Of a DNA stretch of 64,000 nucleotides, positions 49,538 to 61,477 are shown in pieces. The stretch's first letter is position 1, and each line of letters begins with the position of its first letter. The notes below the pieces were generated by a model, which was not told the DNA's origin, searched no databases, and was given only the letters and a program-made list of their open reading frames with translations. The DNA comes from Reclinomonas americana ATCC 50394 (lineage: Eukaryota). Position numbers and translations under genes: made by a program. The DNA is taken from contig PS015134.1 in assembly GCA_048213135.1 (NCBI GenBank), positions 1-64,000 of the forward strand, written 5' to 3'.

Positions 49538-50617
49538 ATGTCCGCGCCATTCTCCCCCCACTCCCTCTGCCTGCACGGACACAGCGGCAGCGTGCATGCT
49601 GTGACCATCACCGCCGACGCTCGCCTCATCGTGAGCTCCGGCTCCGACAAGACGCTGCGCGTGTGGTCTCGTCGAGGTGCCGAGGTGCGTCGCATGGAGG
49701 TCCCCGACTCTGCACGCCAGTGTGCAGTCATCACCCCTGACGGCCGCCACCTGGTGACTGCCGGCGACCGTGACAAGACTCTGCGCGTGTGGTCACTGGC
49801 GACAGGAGACCTCGTGCGACAACTGGAGGGACACCGACAAGGCGTGCTCTGCGTGGCCGTCACCAACACGGGCGAGCATGTGGTGAGCGGAAGCTGGGAT
49901 TGCACCGTGCGCGTGTGGTCCGTGGAGAGTGGCGAGCAAGTGCGGCTACTGCACAGCCCCGTGCACTTTGTGCGCTCGGTCGCTGTCACGCCCGACAGTC
50001 GCTACATTGTGGCTGGTCGCGCAGACAAGATGCTGCGCGTGTGGCCACTGCTGCAGGAGGAGGAAGAAGGATGGCACCTAGGGCGACACGTGTCCGTCGT
50101 GTCGTCCGTCGCAGTCTCGCCCGACGCGCAGCTCGTGGTGGCATGCGCCAACGTTGAGTGGGCGGTGCATCTGTGGGCGCTGGCCACGGGCGAGCAAGTA
50201 CATCGTATGTGCGGGCACACTGCAATCGTGTCCGCTGTCGCCGTCACCGCCGATAATCGTTTCGTGGTGAGCGCAAGTGCAGACGCAACTGTGCGTCTGT
50301 GGTCGCTGGCGACGGGACGAGAAGTGCAACGACTGGAGGCGCATGCAGGGCCAGTCACGAGCATTGCGCTTAGTGCGGATGGTGAGCACCTGGTCAGTGG
50401 AGGCGCAGACTCGACTGTGCGCGTGTGGTCCACCCCGCGAGGTCTCGCCCGCGCGGAACTCGATTGCGCACGATTCGCGCTGCAAGCTGTGCATGACATG
50501 CAACTGGAGGAGGAGGAGGAGGAGGAAGTGCGGTGCTTGGCGGAGATCGTGCTGCGATGCTTCATGGTGGAGGAGGCCGAAGTCATTGAGATGATGGTCG
50601 CCAGTGACACCAAGTGA
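49538..50617 (+). CDS. Intronless WD40-repeat protein (~7 blades, 359 aa)
   Basis: Regular GH..V..VAVT.D...VSGS.D.T(L/V)RVW repeats, then an acidic C-terminal tail. Confidence 0.9.
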   Translation: MSAPFSPHSLCLHGHSGSVHAVTITADARLIVSSGSDKTLRVWSRRGAEVRRMEVPDSARQCAVITPDGRHLVTAGDRDKTLRVWSLATGDLVRQLEGHRQGVLCVAVTNTGEHVVSGSWDCTVRVWSVESGEQVRLLHSPVHFVRSVAVTPDSRYIVAGRADKMLRVWPLLQEEEEGWHLGRHVSVVSSVAVSPDAQLVVACANVEWAVHLWALATGEQVHRMCGHTAIVSAVAVTADNRFVVSASADATVRLWSLATGREVQRLEAHAGPVTSIALSADGEHLVSGGADSTVRVWSTPRGLARAELDCARFALQAVHDMQLEEEEEEEVRCLAEIVLRCFMVEEAEVIEMMVASDTK

Positions 50618-50667
50618 CACACCTGTCAATGCCGTCCATCAGCTTAGCCGTTGTGTGAACGCGCAGG

Positions 50668-53600
50668 ATGGAGCTCACTCGGTGCGCGTCTCTCGCCCTC
50701 TCTCTCTCTCTCTCTGGTGTTTGTTGTTGACTCACTCTTGTTTGTTTGTGTGTCTGTCAGACTCGACTTTGCGGGGTTCGGTGAGAACGATCCGCCTTCG
50801 CTGATTGGGCACTCGGCAAATGTGATCGAACACAGCTTGTTTACCTATGGTGGTGCGTGAGAGGAGGAGGAGAAGGGGGAGGGGGAGGGGGCAAAGGAGA
50901 GGGAGGGAGGGAGGGAGGGAGGAAGGGAAAGAAGAAAGAAAAGAAGAGAAAGTGATGAGAACGAGCCAAGCAGAAGAGGAGGGAGAGAGAAAGCAGAGAA
51001 CAGGGGTAGGCTGGGACGGAAGAGACCGAGAGAGTGAGAGAAAGAGACAAGAATAAGGAGCTGGAGAGAGAGGAGAGAAGGGGTGGGAGAGAGAAACTGC
51101 AAAGAGATTGAGATTGAGAAGGATGCTTGCAGGCAGACCGACTGACACACTGAGAGAGAACAGCGAGATGGAGAGACTGCGAGTGACCGCAGAGTCTCAT
51201 GCAACCTGACTGTCGCGCAGGCACAGAGAAAGAATGAATGAAAGAACGAAAGAGAGAGAGAAGGAAAGAAAGAAAGAAGGAGAGAGCGAGTGTCAGGCGG
51301 ACAGACTGACACACACAGGGAACCGAGAGTGAGAGAGAGTGGGAGAGAGAGAGAGAGGCAGGCAGGCAAACAGAACGCAGGAGAGAGAAAGAGAACGAGA
51401 GACCAAGCCAAGATTGAGAAAGAAAGACCTCATTCTCCTCCTCCCCCCGCCCCGTCCCCCCTTTGCTTCTCCCCTCCTCCTCACTTGCTATCCTCACATC
51501 AGGATGGACCTCTGGTCTCGGCTGCAACGCCGACCTCCGCGTGCTGGATCTCGACACCCGCTCGTGGCACGTATTACAGATCGAGGGCCCACACGTTCCA
51601 CGACCCAGCTACCGTCACGGATCGTTGAGTGCACTGACACGCACACACACGAGGAGGCTCATTCACGTACTCACTTTGTCTATCCGCGCACAGCACGACG
51701 ATTCTCTCCAAAATGTACCTGCTTGGCGGGTGCGAACCGCGCTCGAATGGAACACTGCGTCGACACGGCACGCTGTACGAGGTCGATCTGAACACGCTGT
51801 CGTCGGTGGCCATTGCCAGTTCGCGCTCCAGTGCCGATGCACCACCGCCGTGCAGCAGTCTCACGCTGGAGCACTGTGGCAAGCTGCTGGTGCAGTTTGG
51901 CGGCTGGGACGGCAACACCAACAACAGCAACATTCACATTCTCGATGCGCGAGTCGGCACGTGGTCGCGACCGCCAGTGCGTGGCCGGCCACCACTGCCG
52001 CGCTGTCGGCACGCCTCGGCGTCGCTGCCGGATCAGATGCAGCTGTTTGTGTCGGGTGGCATGGCGCTGGGTGGTCGCACACTGGACGACTTTTACATGT
52101 TTGACATGCGCAATCAGTCGTGGCTGACGCTGCCGTCGCTGCGCACGGGCGGCCACTTGTCGCGCTGCTCGCACACGCTGACGCCCTACCAGGGAGACTT
52201 TGTGTGCGCCGGTGGCTATCACCACTCGGAGAAGGCCGAGGGCATTCTCGGCGACCTCATCTTCTTCGACACCAAGAAGAGCGAGTGGTATGAGCCGCAC
52301 TTTTCGGAGACCTGCGAGCCGTTCCAGCCGCGGGAGAGTCACACGTGTTCGTCAGGTGAGACAAAAATGAGGGGAAAGTGAGGGAAAGGAGTGGATTGTG
52401 TGCGTGGGTTTGGCTCACGCATCACGGCTTTCTTTGTTGATTTTTGCCTTGTTGTGTCGCTCTCTTTCTCTCTCTCTCTCTTTCTCGCACTGCTTGTGTG
52501 CTTGTCCGAGTTGCATCCTTTGCAACATGATTTCTGCCATTTGCAGTCTATTCACCTCCAAATCAGATCTACCCACCTTGGATAGCACCTCGTGCATCAC
52601 CGTGGCATCTGTCTCTTTCTCTCTCTCTCTCGCACTGCTTGTGTGCGTGTCCGAGTTGCATCCTTTGCAACATGATTTCTGCCATTTGCAGTCTGTTCAC
52701 CTCCGAATCAGATCTACCCACCTGGGATAGCACCTCGTGCATCACCGTGGCATCTGTTTGTCTTCTCTGTTTGCGTGTGCGTGTGTTCGGACTTGTCTGT
52801 TGTCTGTTTCCTCTTCTGTTACGCCTCTGACTGTCTCTTGTCACTCTCACTGTCGGGTTGCTTTTTTGGGTGCCTTCTTTCTGTTGTTTTTGAGTCCCCT
52901 TCGCCCCCTATCCCCTTCCTCCCCCCTTCCCCCTCACAGGCTACGGCGGTCGCAAGCTGCTCTACTTTGGAGGCATGTCAACAGCGGCGCACTTTCAGGA
53001 CATGTTCCGCCAGGTCGACTGCATCGAGGCGCCAGACAAGTGGATTCACATTTGTCGGCGTATGAATGGTGCGACAATGACACACACCCGAATCCTTCTC
53101 TTTCCCCGTGTTTCTTCTCACTGTTGTCGATCGCAGCCTCCGTGTCACGTGTGGAGCGACAAATGAACCTCACCAGCCTGATGCAACACATGGGACGCGA
53201 CGTGTCGGAGCTGGAGCGCCTCGATGCCGAGCAGTTTGAGAAGACGGCACTCCTCGCGGCCTCTCACAGCGGCACGGTCAGCCCGAATAGCACAGCCTCT
53301 GCGTCGACGGCGCCAAGCTCCGCCGCAGCCGCGCTGGCCGCCCATCCACCGTCACTCTTCCGTCAGCGTGTGCAATCCAAGCAGCGCATCGCCTTTCTGA
53401 GCCGCACCGAGCGTTTCTGGAACACCTCTGTGGAGAAGATGCAGGAGGCCGTGACACGCCTGGTGAATCCGCTGGCCTCCAATCCGCTGCGCAGATTAGG
53501 CCGTCCTTATTCAGGTGAGCGAGATGGACAGTTTCTGCTTCTTCCGCGCATCAGTCCTCACTGCCCTTCATAGATGGCGCGCTGAAAACGCTGATTTGCG

Positions 53601-56600
53601 GTCGCGAGCGTGCTCCCGACGGAACGTTGATGCCGCGCGTCAAGTCTCCACTCACCAGTTCCGAGGATGCGCGAAGGTGCTGCTGCTGGGCCTGTATTCC
53701 TGCTGATGACTCCTTCTTCGACAGAGTCACTGACTTGATTGCTACCTGCGCAGGCGCTCCATTGCATCTGGCCAGCAGCGTCGGTCACTGGTGCTTTCGC
53801 CACAGCAAAGATCGCCGTCGCTCACGGGTGGAAGATCGGGAGGTAAGCGCAAAAATGTGTTCTCTTGACATCGGACCCCTGTTACTCACTGTTCTGTGTA
53901 CAGATGGCCTGCACTCACACAGTGTCGTTGCGTACGGAGTGATTCTGTTGGACCTATCACCTCTTGCTCACTCGCTCCACCCTCTCTCCGTATCCCCCTG
54001 CAGTCGATTGTAGTTGACTCGGTGGCGAGTCCGCGATCCGACAGCCCCGAGTCGCCGACGACGGCGGCCACCATGGAGGCGATTGGTCGCAGCCAGCAGC
54101 CATCTGCCAATCGACTGCGCGCCGCCGCGGCACATTCGCGCTCCATCTCCGCCACTCCCACGTCACGTTTGTGGGCCGCCGACGAGGACCACCGGCGATC
54201 GGCGTCGGTGATCCCACGACCCTTCACGTCGCCCATGTCGACCGAGACGTCGGGAATCGTGTATGTCGACCTCATGTTGCAGCACAAGAGTCCCAATAAG
54301 CACGGATCGCGAGTGGAGCCGTTGGACGAGTACTGCCAGTCGCCGTTTGTGCCGGCAGACGCGTTGGAGGCTGAGGTTTGTGTGAGGACGTGCGCGCTTG
54401 GTTGTCTTCTCTTAATGTCATTCTCACAACTCGCGTGATGCAGCCGTCTGTTGAAAGCGCCAAGGTATGTCAGTCGCTGACTTTTGCACACATGACAGAG
54501 GCTTACTTACCTTCCTCCATACGCAGTACTTCCCTGTCGCTCCTGCGGTCACAGAAGAACTCGAGCCAGAGTTTCCACATGCGCGAAGGTCTTTGGCGCG
54601 CATTCTTCCCAGTTGTGTGGTTGTGATGCTTTCCTGACACACCATGCACACACAGCCGAGCAGCTGCGGAACACGAGATCATGAACCGACGTGAGAAGCG
54701 TGCCGAGCGGCTGGAGCTCGAGCGTGAAGAACGCGCACGACGTGAGCGTACGAATCCGGATCTGTCACAGTTCAAGGTTTGTTTCATCATAATTTCGGTG
54801 AAAGCTGCTGCATTGATGTAACCTTGTGCGTTTGTATCAGGTGCCCGACATTGACGACTTTGTCAACACGGAGCGACCTCCCGAGTACTGGGTGGAACGG
54901 CTGGAGGCCATTGAGAGGAAACGAGCTGCACGTCGAATGGCTCGGAGAAAAGGTGTGCGCGTGCTCGCTCGCTCAACCAACCCCATGATGAACTGTACGC
55001 TCACCTTGCCGATGCGCGTTACAGGCCTGAGTATTCCGTACGATCCCGACGATGATGACACACTGCTTACCAAGGAGCGTCTGGGACCGACAAGCAGCGC
55101 CCCGAAGAACATTGCCGTCGACCAGCAGTTTGTCACGGCTGCGAATGTTGCGTTTGCCGCATGGACCCACTGATACGAAAATGTGCATTTTCTCACATCC
55201 ATCGCGCAGATTGTCAAGCGCGTGGAAGAGGCGCTCACCTCTGAAAAGGCACGCATGCGGTGGAGAGAGTGGCGTGTCGTGGTTGACGTTGCTCACGTGT
55301 GTGCATCTCCTGTAGGCATTCGACTTTTGGGTCATTACCGACACTACACGCGTGATCACGGAGCGCATTGCAGGCTACCGGCGCGTGCAGACGGCCAGCA
55401 CACCCGAGGATGTTGCGTCGCAGCAGTGGTACTCCTCGAGAGCGAGTTGTGCTGACCTCGTGGGTGAACATCGCAAACTAGGTCATGCGCCGGTGCATCC
55501 AGCTGGCCGAATCGCTCGCCAAAATGTACGCCCTCCAGCAAGACCGCGCCGAGTCGACCAAGGAGCGCAAGAAGGTCGCCGCACGTGCTGGTGTCGCTCG
55601 TCGTGTGGCGTTTGAACTGCGCAATGCCACGGTGCTCAGTCAAGAGTTTCGTGACCCCCGCACGCACGCATCAGCATTGTTGCACTCGCACTAAAAATCG
55701 ATGTTGTTGGCGACAGAGATCCAGATGCCGCACAGGGGCGCACTGGGCGAGCGTACTCTCACAGTACGGCTGCACGTCGATTCGGGAAGAAGACGGGTGA
55801 GGGTGGGGGGCGGGGTACGCGTTCTGCGTCGGCGTCCGCTGTGCCGGGAGGACGTGGTCGGCTGCCTGCTGGTGAGGGAAAAGGGATGAGGAGGGGGGAA
55901 GGGAGGAAGAGGGGAAAAGGATGAGTAGGGATGGGATAAGAGGGGAAGGGATGAGCGGGGAAGGGAGGAAGAGGTAAATGTAGGAAGAGGGGAAGAAGGG
56001 AGGAGGGGAAAAGGGTTAGAGCGGAAGGGATGAGAAAGGAAAGGGATGAGCGATAAGACCGGGAAGCTGAAGGGAAGAGTGGAAAGGGGGAAGAGGGGAA
56101 GGGATGCGAGTGGGGAAGGTTGAAAGAAGAGTGATGATGGATTGAGAGGGAAGGGTTGGGACGGTATGAGTAGAAGGGATGGGAGGGTAAAAGTTTAGGG
56201 GAATGGATGAGAAGGGAAAAGATTGCAGGGGAAGCTAAAGGGAGGAGAGGAGGGGAATGGATGAGCGGACGCAGATTGAGAGCAAACCAATGCAGAACGA
56301 CAGATATAAGATCACTTCTTAGAGATTGCAAGGCAGAGTGAGAAAAGAGGGGGGTAAAGAGTGGACAGCAGGAAGTACGTAGGGTTCTTTTCGGCTGAGG
56401 AATATTGGTGTGGAAAGACAGGATAAGCACGAGGTTTTTAGTGAGCGGTCAGAGAAGTACCTGTGGGAAAGAAGTGTTGAGCCCGAAAAAGAAGGCAATC
56501 TTCCTATTCTCTCTCTCTCTCCTTCCTGCGCTTCTACTTCTGCTGTGTATCCGTGTGTATCATACCATTGGACTCGTTACTCATGCGCACTCACCATCGT

Positions 56601-56958
56601 CTCTCACGCAGCGGGCGGAGGCGATAAGAGCGCCTCAAGCTCACGCGCCACCACACCCAAGGAACCGAGCACGCCCACCTCCGCCACCTCCACCTCCTTC
56701 TCTCAATTCCTGCCCATCCTCGACCAAAAGCTGCAGCAACTGAGCATGGCCAGCCACGTACTGCGCAGCTCACTCGGCAGCGGCTCGGCGGACCTGTCGG
56801 CGGACCAAGTGGCCAGTCCAGTGGTCGGAAGTGTGCTGGTCGCCATTGATCGCGACAACAAACCTCCTGCTCGTTCGTCCACCCTCGATAAGCCACCTAT
56901 ACTTCCGCATCATGCGCGGTCGACAAGTGGCAAGCAGCCACCACCAGCAAGAGAATAA
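50668..56958 (+). CDS. Kelch-repeat protein with long coiled-coil/low-complexity C-terminus, multi-exon
   Basis: Spliced MELTR|LDFAG..GHSANVIEHSLFTYGG|W, PRPSYRHGS|TT..MYLLGG, LVQFGGWDG, PLPRCRHASA..LFVSGG, RCSHTL, PRESHTC..LLYFGG. Later exons carry REKRAERLELEREE and end PPARE* at 56958. Confidence 0.82.
52468..52757. repeat. 145-bp two-copy tandem repeat inside a Kelch-gene intron
   Basis: tcgcactgcttgtgtgc..ccgagttgcatcctttgcaacatgatttctgccatttgcagtct..gatagcacctcgtgcatcaccgtggcatctgt at 52485 and 52630, with about 4 mismatches. Confidence 0.92.
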
Positions 56959-57065
56959 AGAGCTAACGAATTGAGCAGGACAACACGTGGTTGTCAGTGA
57001 TTGAGAGTGGAATGCCTGTGGGAGGAGGTCGAGCCTATGCCCACTCCAGTGAGCGATGGTGGTGC

Positions 57066-58632
57066 ATGCAGACACCGATGAAAGCCGGTCTCACGTGGCT
57101 GCTTCTCTCGGCGCTCTTTGTGTTTGTCGTGTATGAGGCGCGATGTGGGTCGTCGACGAGTGGATTGCGCAGTGCAGGTGGGTGCGAGAGAGAGAGAGAG
57201 AGAGAGAGAGAGGAGGGAGGAGAGGAGGAGAGAGAGACGAGAAGGAGACAAGAAGAAGAAGNNNNNNNNNNNNNNNNNNNNNNNNNNNNNNNNNNNNNNN
57301 TAGCATGTTCACTGCAAGCCTTCCGCGAGCCACCACTGCCGGCGTTCTCCAACTCGACCGCAGCACTGGATGCACTGGCCGATCGTCTCTTTGCGCCGTA
57401 CATTGCGCGACACGCGAACGTGCGAGAGCGCTTCCGCCAGAGTGCCGACGATCCCGCACTGCGCTTTGTGGTGCTCGACGACCCGGAGGGCGCCGGTCTC
57501 GGGAACAGCTTGCAGACGGCGGTGTCGGCGTTTGTGCTGGCCGTCCTCACCGATCGCACGCTGGTGCTGCATCCGCGCAGTCAGCGCTTTCGACGACTCT
57601 TCGATCCGGCCAGCGTCAACTGGGAGCTGCCGGAGCTGAGTGTGGAGCACATGGAGAATCGCAAGCAGGTGCTCACGCTGGACCAGCATCATCCGCACCT
57701 GTATCAGTCGATGTTGTGCGGCGACCTCGACGACTTGTACAGCGACACCAAGTATCTGGTGGTCAGCGGCAATCAGTACTTTGTGGAGCTGATGCGGCAC
57801 AACAAGCGCTGGAAGCGGCGCTTTGAGGAGGCCTTTGGTCCCTTCCAGGGTCGCATCTTCCGGCCGGCCATGCGCGCCATGGTGCAACCGAGCAAGAAGG
57901 TGCAGGCGCGCGTGGATCAATTCATGCGACGGCACTGGCGCGAGGCCGACAATGTGTCGACCATTGGCCTGCAGATTCGTACCAACACCATGTCGGGATT
58001 CGACTGGGGCAAGAAACTCACCACCGATCAGCTGGAGACGTTTTTCAACTGCGTGAAACGCATCGTGTATGGCGGCATGCTCAAGTCGAGCGACTATCAG
58101 GTGTTTCTCGCCACCGATTCGGAGGCGGTGAGAGACCGGGCCAAGGTGGTGAGTGGCGATGGTCGATGGACATGAAGAAGAGAATGATGTGTGTTTGTGT
58201 GCTTATGCGAGCGCATGCAGGTCTTTGGCTCGCGCCTGCTCTACCGCAACATGCCGGTGAAGAGGGATGCCACGGGTGAGGTGGACGCCTTGGTCGATCT
58301 GCTGCTGCTGTCGCAGACGGAGCAGGTCAGTGACCGTCGACTGTGGCACTCGTGCTGTGTGTTGCCCTCACTCACTGCGTTGACAGATGTTTGTGTCTGC
58401 CGGCTCGACATTTGGGTGTGCGGCGCACGCGTGGGCGGCGCTGCGACCGTTTGTCATCATGGGCGACGATCAGTGCATGCAAGACGTGAACACCGAGCCC
58501 ATCATGCATCAGTGGGGCAAGGCGCTTGTGCTCAATGCGGATGTGGAGGGCGGTGGCGCCATGTGCATGCCGAGGGAGGAGTTCCAAGACGAGCATGTGA
58601 TCAATCATGTACATCGGTGGAGCTTGGGGTGA
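57066..58632 (+). CDS. Type II membrane fucosyltransferase, GT37 (xyloglucan fucosyltransferase)-like
   Basis: N-terminal TM LTWLLLSALFVFVVY; GAGLGNSLQTAVSAFVLAVLTDRTL; IGLQIR (motif I), VFLATDS (motif II), ALVDLLLLSQTEQ|MFVSAGSTFG (motif III). Confidence 0.85.
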
Positions 58633-59603
58633 TGGAGAGGGGGTGGAGCGCATAATGAATCGAGTGAATAAAGGGAGTGGAAGGGGAGGAGAGGGAGAGG
58701 AGAGGGAGGGGGAGGGTGAGAGGAGGAGAAGGATGGGGAGAAAGAAGAATGTGCAGCGGAGGGAAAAGAGGAAGGGAAGAAACAAAAAGGAGAAGGGGCA
58801 AGGAAGAACAAGAAGTCGGTGGAGAGAGAGGAAGAGAGGAACCGAGTAAGGGACAAGAGCAAGAGAGGACTCAAGAGGCAGGCAGCGCGAGAGAACGAGC
58901 GATGCGACGAAGAACGCAAGGAAGACAGCTTATAATTGAGAGCGCCACAATAGTTCGCCAACGACGACAGGAGAGTGCGTGTGTGTGTGCAAGGGAGAGA
59001 AATCATCAGCGAGACAGACTGGGAACAAGTTCAAGGGACGCAGTCTGAGGACGCAGTCTGAGGAAGAGCAAGAGAGAACTCGGAAGCGAGTGGCGCAAGT
59101 GAAAGAGTGACATTGATTGACAAAGGAAGACGTCATGCTGGCAGAAGAGCACGCCACAAAAGTTAACGACAGGAGTGCGCAAGAGAGGAGTCGGAGGCGA
59201 GCAGCGCGAGTGACCGAGCGATGAGACGAAGAGTGAAAGGAAGGCAGCGCGCAACTGTTCGCTAACAATCACTGGAGAGAAGGATGGAAGCTCACAAGGT
59301 ACCACAAGATGAGCGACGAGAGCAAGACAGAGGATGACAACACAATGAGGAGAAGAGCAAGCAACAGCACAAGGAGCATCTGAGAACAAGGGTGATTCTC
59401 CGAGCAACAAAATGCGATCAGTTTGCACAGGAAAAAAACATTCACAACGCGGGTTCACTCATGACGAGTCATCTGCGGCCGCCTCCAAGCCCTCAACAAC
59501 CATATCCGCCTCTGCAACAGATGGAGAAAAGGAAGTGAGAAAGAGATATCCCGATGACTCTCACTCTGCTCCTCTCACACACACGGAGAGAGAGAGAGAG
59601 AGA

Positions 59604-59647
<44 letters not shown>

Positions 59648-60080
59648 AGAGAGAGNNNNNNNNNNNNNNNNNNNNGTGCGTGCAGGATTGCCTGGCAGGT
59701 GACGCAGATCGGAGCGCGCATGCACTCTGTTCATGAGAAGCTGACAGTGCATGATGTTGCATTCGCAGGCTACTTTTGCCCGTGCTGCTCCATTATCCAG
59801 TCGACGACGGCGGTGGGAGGCAGCTTGGCGGGCTCGATGGCAGGTGCTATGGTCAGTGGCATGTAATGTGCACGAGGGCAGCGAGAGATCATGATGTCGA
59901 TCTTTTTACTGTGATTTCTTGTAGCTGCGACAGTTGCTACGAGTACATCATGTGTGTACGTGTGTGTATGTGTGTGTGTGAGAGAGAGAGAGAGAGAAGA
60001 AGGTCAGAAAGAAGCACGTCATCTGAGCGGAGTGATTGAGAGCACCACGAAGAGCACAGCGATTTTTCCGACCGCACACT

Positions 60081-60354
60081 CAGTCAATCCTCCCTGCAAG
60101 CAGGCAAGAGAGGAGAGCTGGTCAACAAGCACGCCATCTCACTGTGTGTGTGAGTGAGTGTGTACGAGTTGAGTGAGACCACCCACGGAGGGTGGACTCA
60201 CCGACTTGTTTCCGACGAAGAAGACTCTCGCCCAGTCAATCCTCCCTGCAAGCAGGCAAGAGAGGAGAACAGGTCAACAAGCACGCCATCTCACTGTGTG
60301 TGTGAGTGAGTGTGTGCGAGTTGAGTGAGACCACCCACGAAGGGTGGACTCACC
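60081..60354. repeat. 122-bp direct repeat (period 152) ending in a hairpin-forming motif
   Basis: cagtcaatcctccctgcaagcaggcaagagaggag...gtgagaccacccacg(g/a)agggtggactcacc at 60081-60202 and 60233-60354. Confidence 0.9.
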
Positions 60355-60508
60355 TCACCAACACTGTGCGTCATCAAAGTGCACCACTTTGATGAGGTTC
60401 AACCCGCGCTCAGCACAACAAATGCAAACACCAATGACCGCGAAAGTGACGTCACCGGACAGAATTTGTCCGCACTTCACTATCACATAAAGAGCCCCTG
60501 CTCCTGTT

Positions 60509-61342
60509 CTACGACCAGCCAGCAATGATACCGACGAGTGTCACCACCAAAGCCACGGCCGCCAAACCAATGACGATAAACGCAGTCACGTCGGAGCTGA
60601 GACCGCGTGTGGTGTACGGGGTCGACAGGTCGATGCGTTGCTGTTGCAAGTGCTGCCGCGCGCCGAACTTCTGCTGCAGAACGCGCTTGGAGCGCAGCTG
60701 CAGCAGTGCCGGCGTGACAAAGGCAATCATGAAGCCCGTCAGGCCCGTGTACTGGAGAATCGTGTTGAGCTTGCGCACGAGCATGGCGCCGACCAGTGGC
60801 GGCACGGCGGCCAGCAGGCGGAAGAAGACCTTGCGCCGCTTGGACGGCGCCAGGCCAGTGCGCACCGAGGGAGTGAATGCGGCCAGCAGATTGTTGCCGA
60901 GCGTCAGTGCGTTCAGCGGAAACGCCGACACGACGTCAATCGCCGGGAACAGCACGACCACGTACGAGACTAATCGGGCCCACACGGGCACATTGGAGCC
61001 GAAGGGCGCGGCGCCGCGGTACGTGGAGAAATTCAGCGAGGCAGTGGGCGAGATGTTGCGTCCCCAGTACAGGACCATGACCACGCCGAGAGTCGTGTAC
61101 ATGCCAAACGTGGTGGCCATCACCGAGCCGAACACGTGAGGCAAGCGGCGCTTGTTGCGCATCGGTTCCGACAGCCCAGGCACGCTGTGGTGCATGATTT
61201 GCGAGTACATGACGACTGGCAGAATCAGCGCAATGCCCACCAGGCGGAACTCCTCGAAAAAGCCGTAGTATGGTGGGGAGGTGTGGGCAGGGGGGTCGTC
61301 TGTGAATGGGATGTTGATGAGCGGAAGGGGGGATGGAGAAGG

Positions 61343-61381
<39 letters not shown>

Positions 61382-61413
61382 GAGGGAGGAGGAGGAGAGA
61401 GAAGAAGAGAGAG

Positions 61414-61477
<64 letters not shown>

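Noticed and set aside
58860-59250. Degenerate ~70-bp repeat pair (caagagagga..gcagcgcgag..cgagcgatg.gacgaaga)
   Set aside because: Short, purine-rich and diverged, with no terminal repeats, target-site duplication or ORF to support a mobile element.
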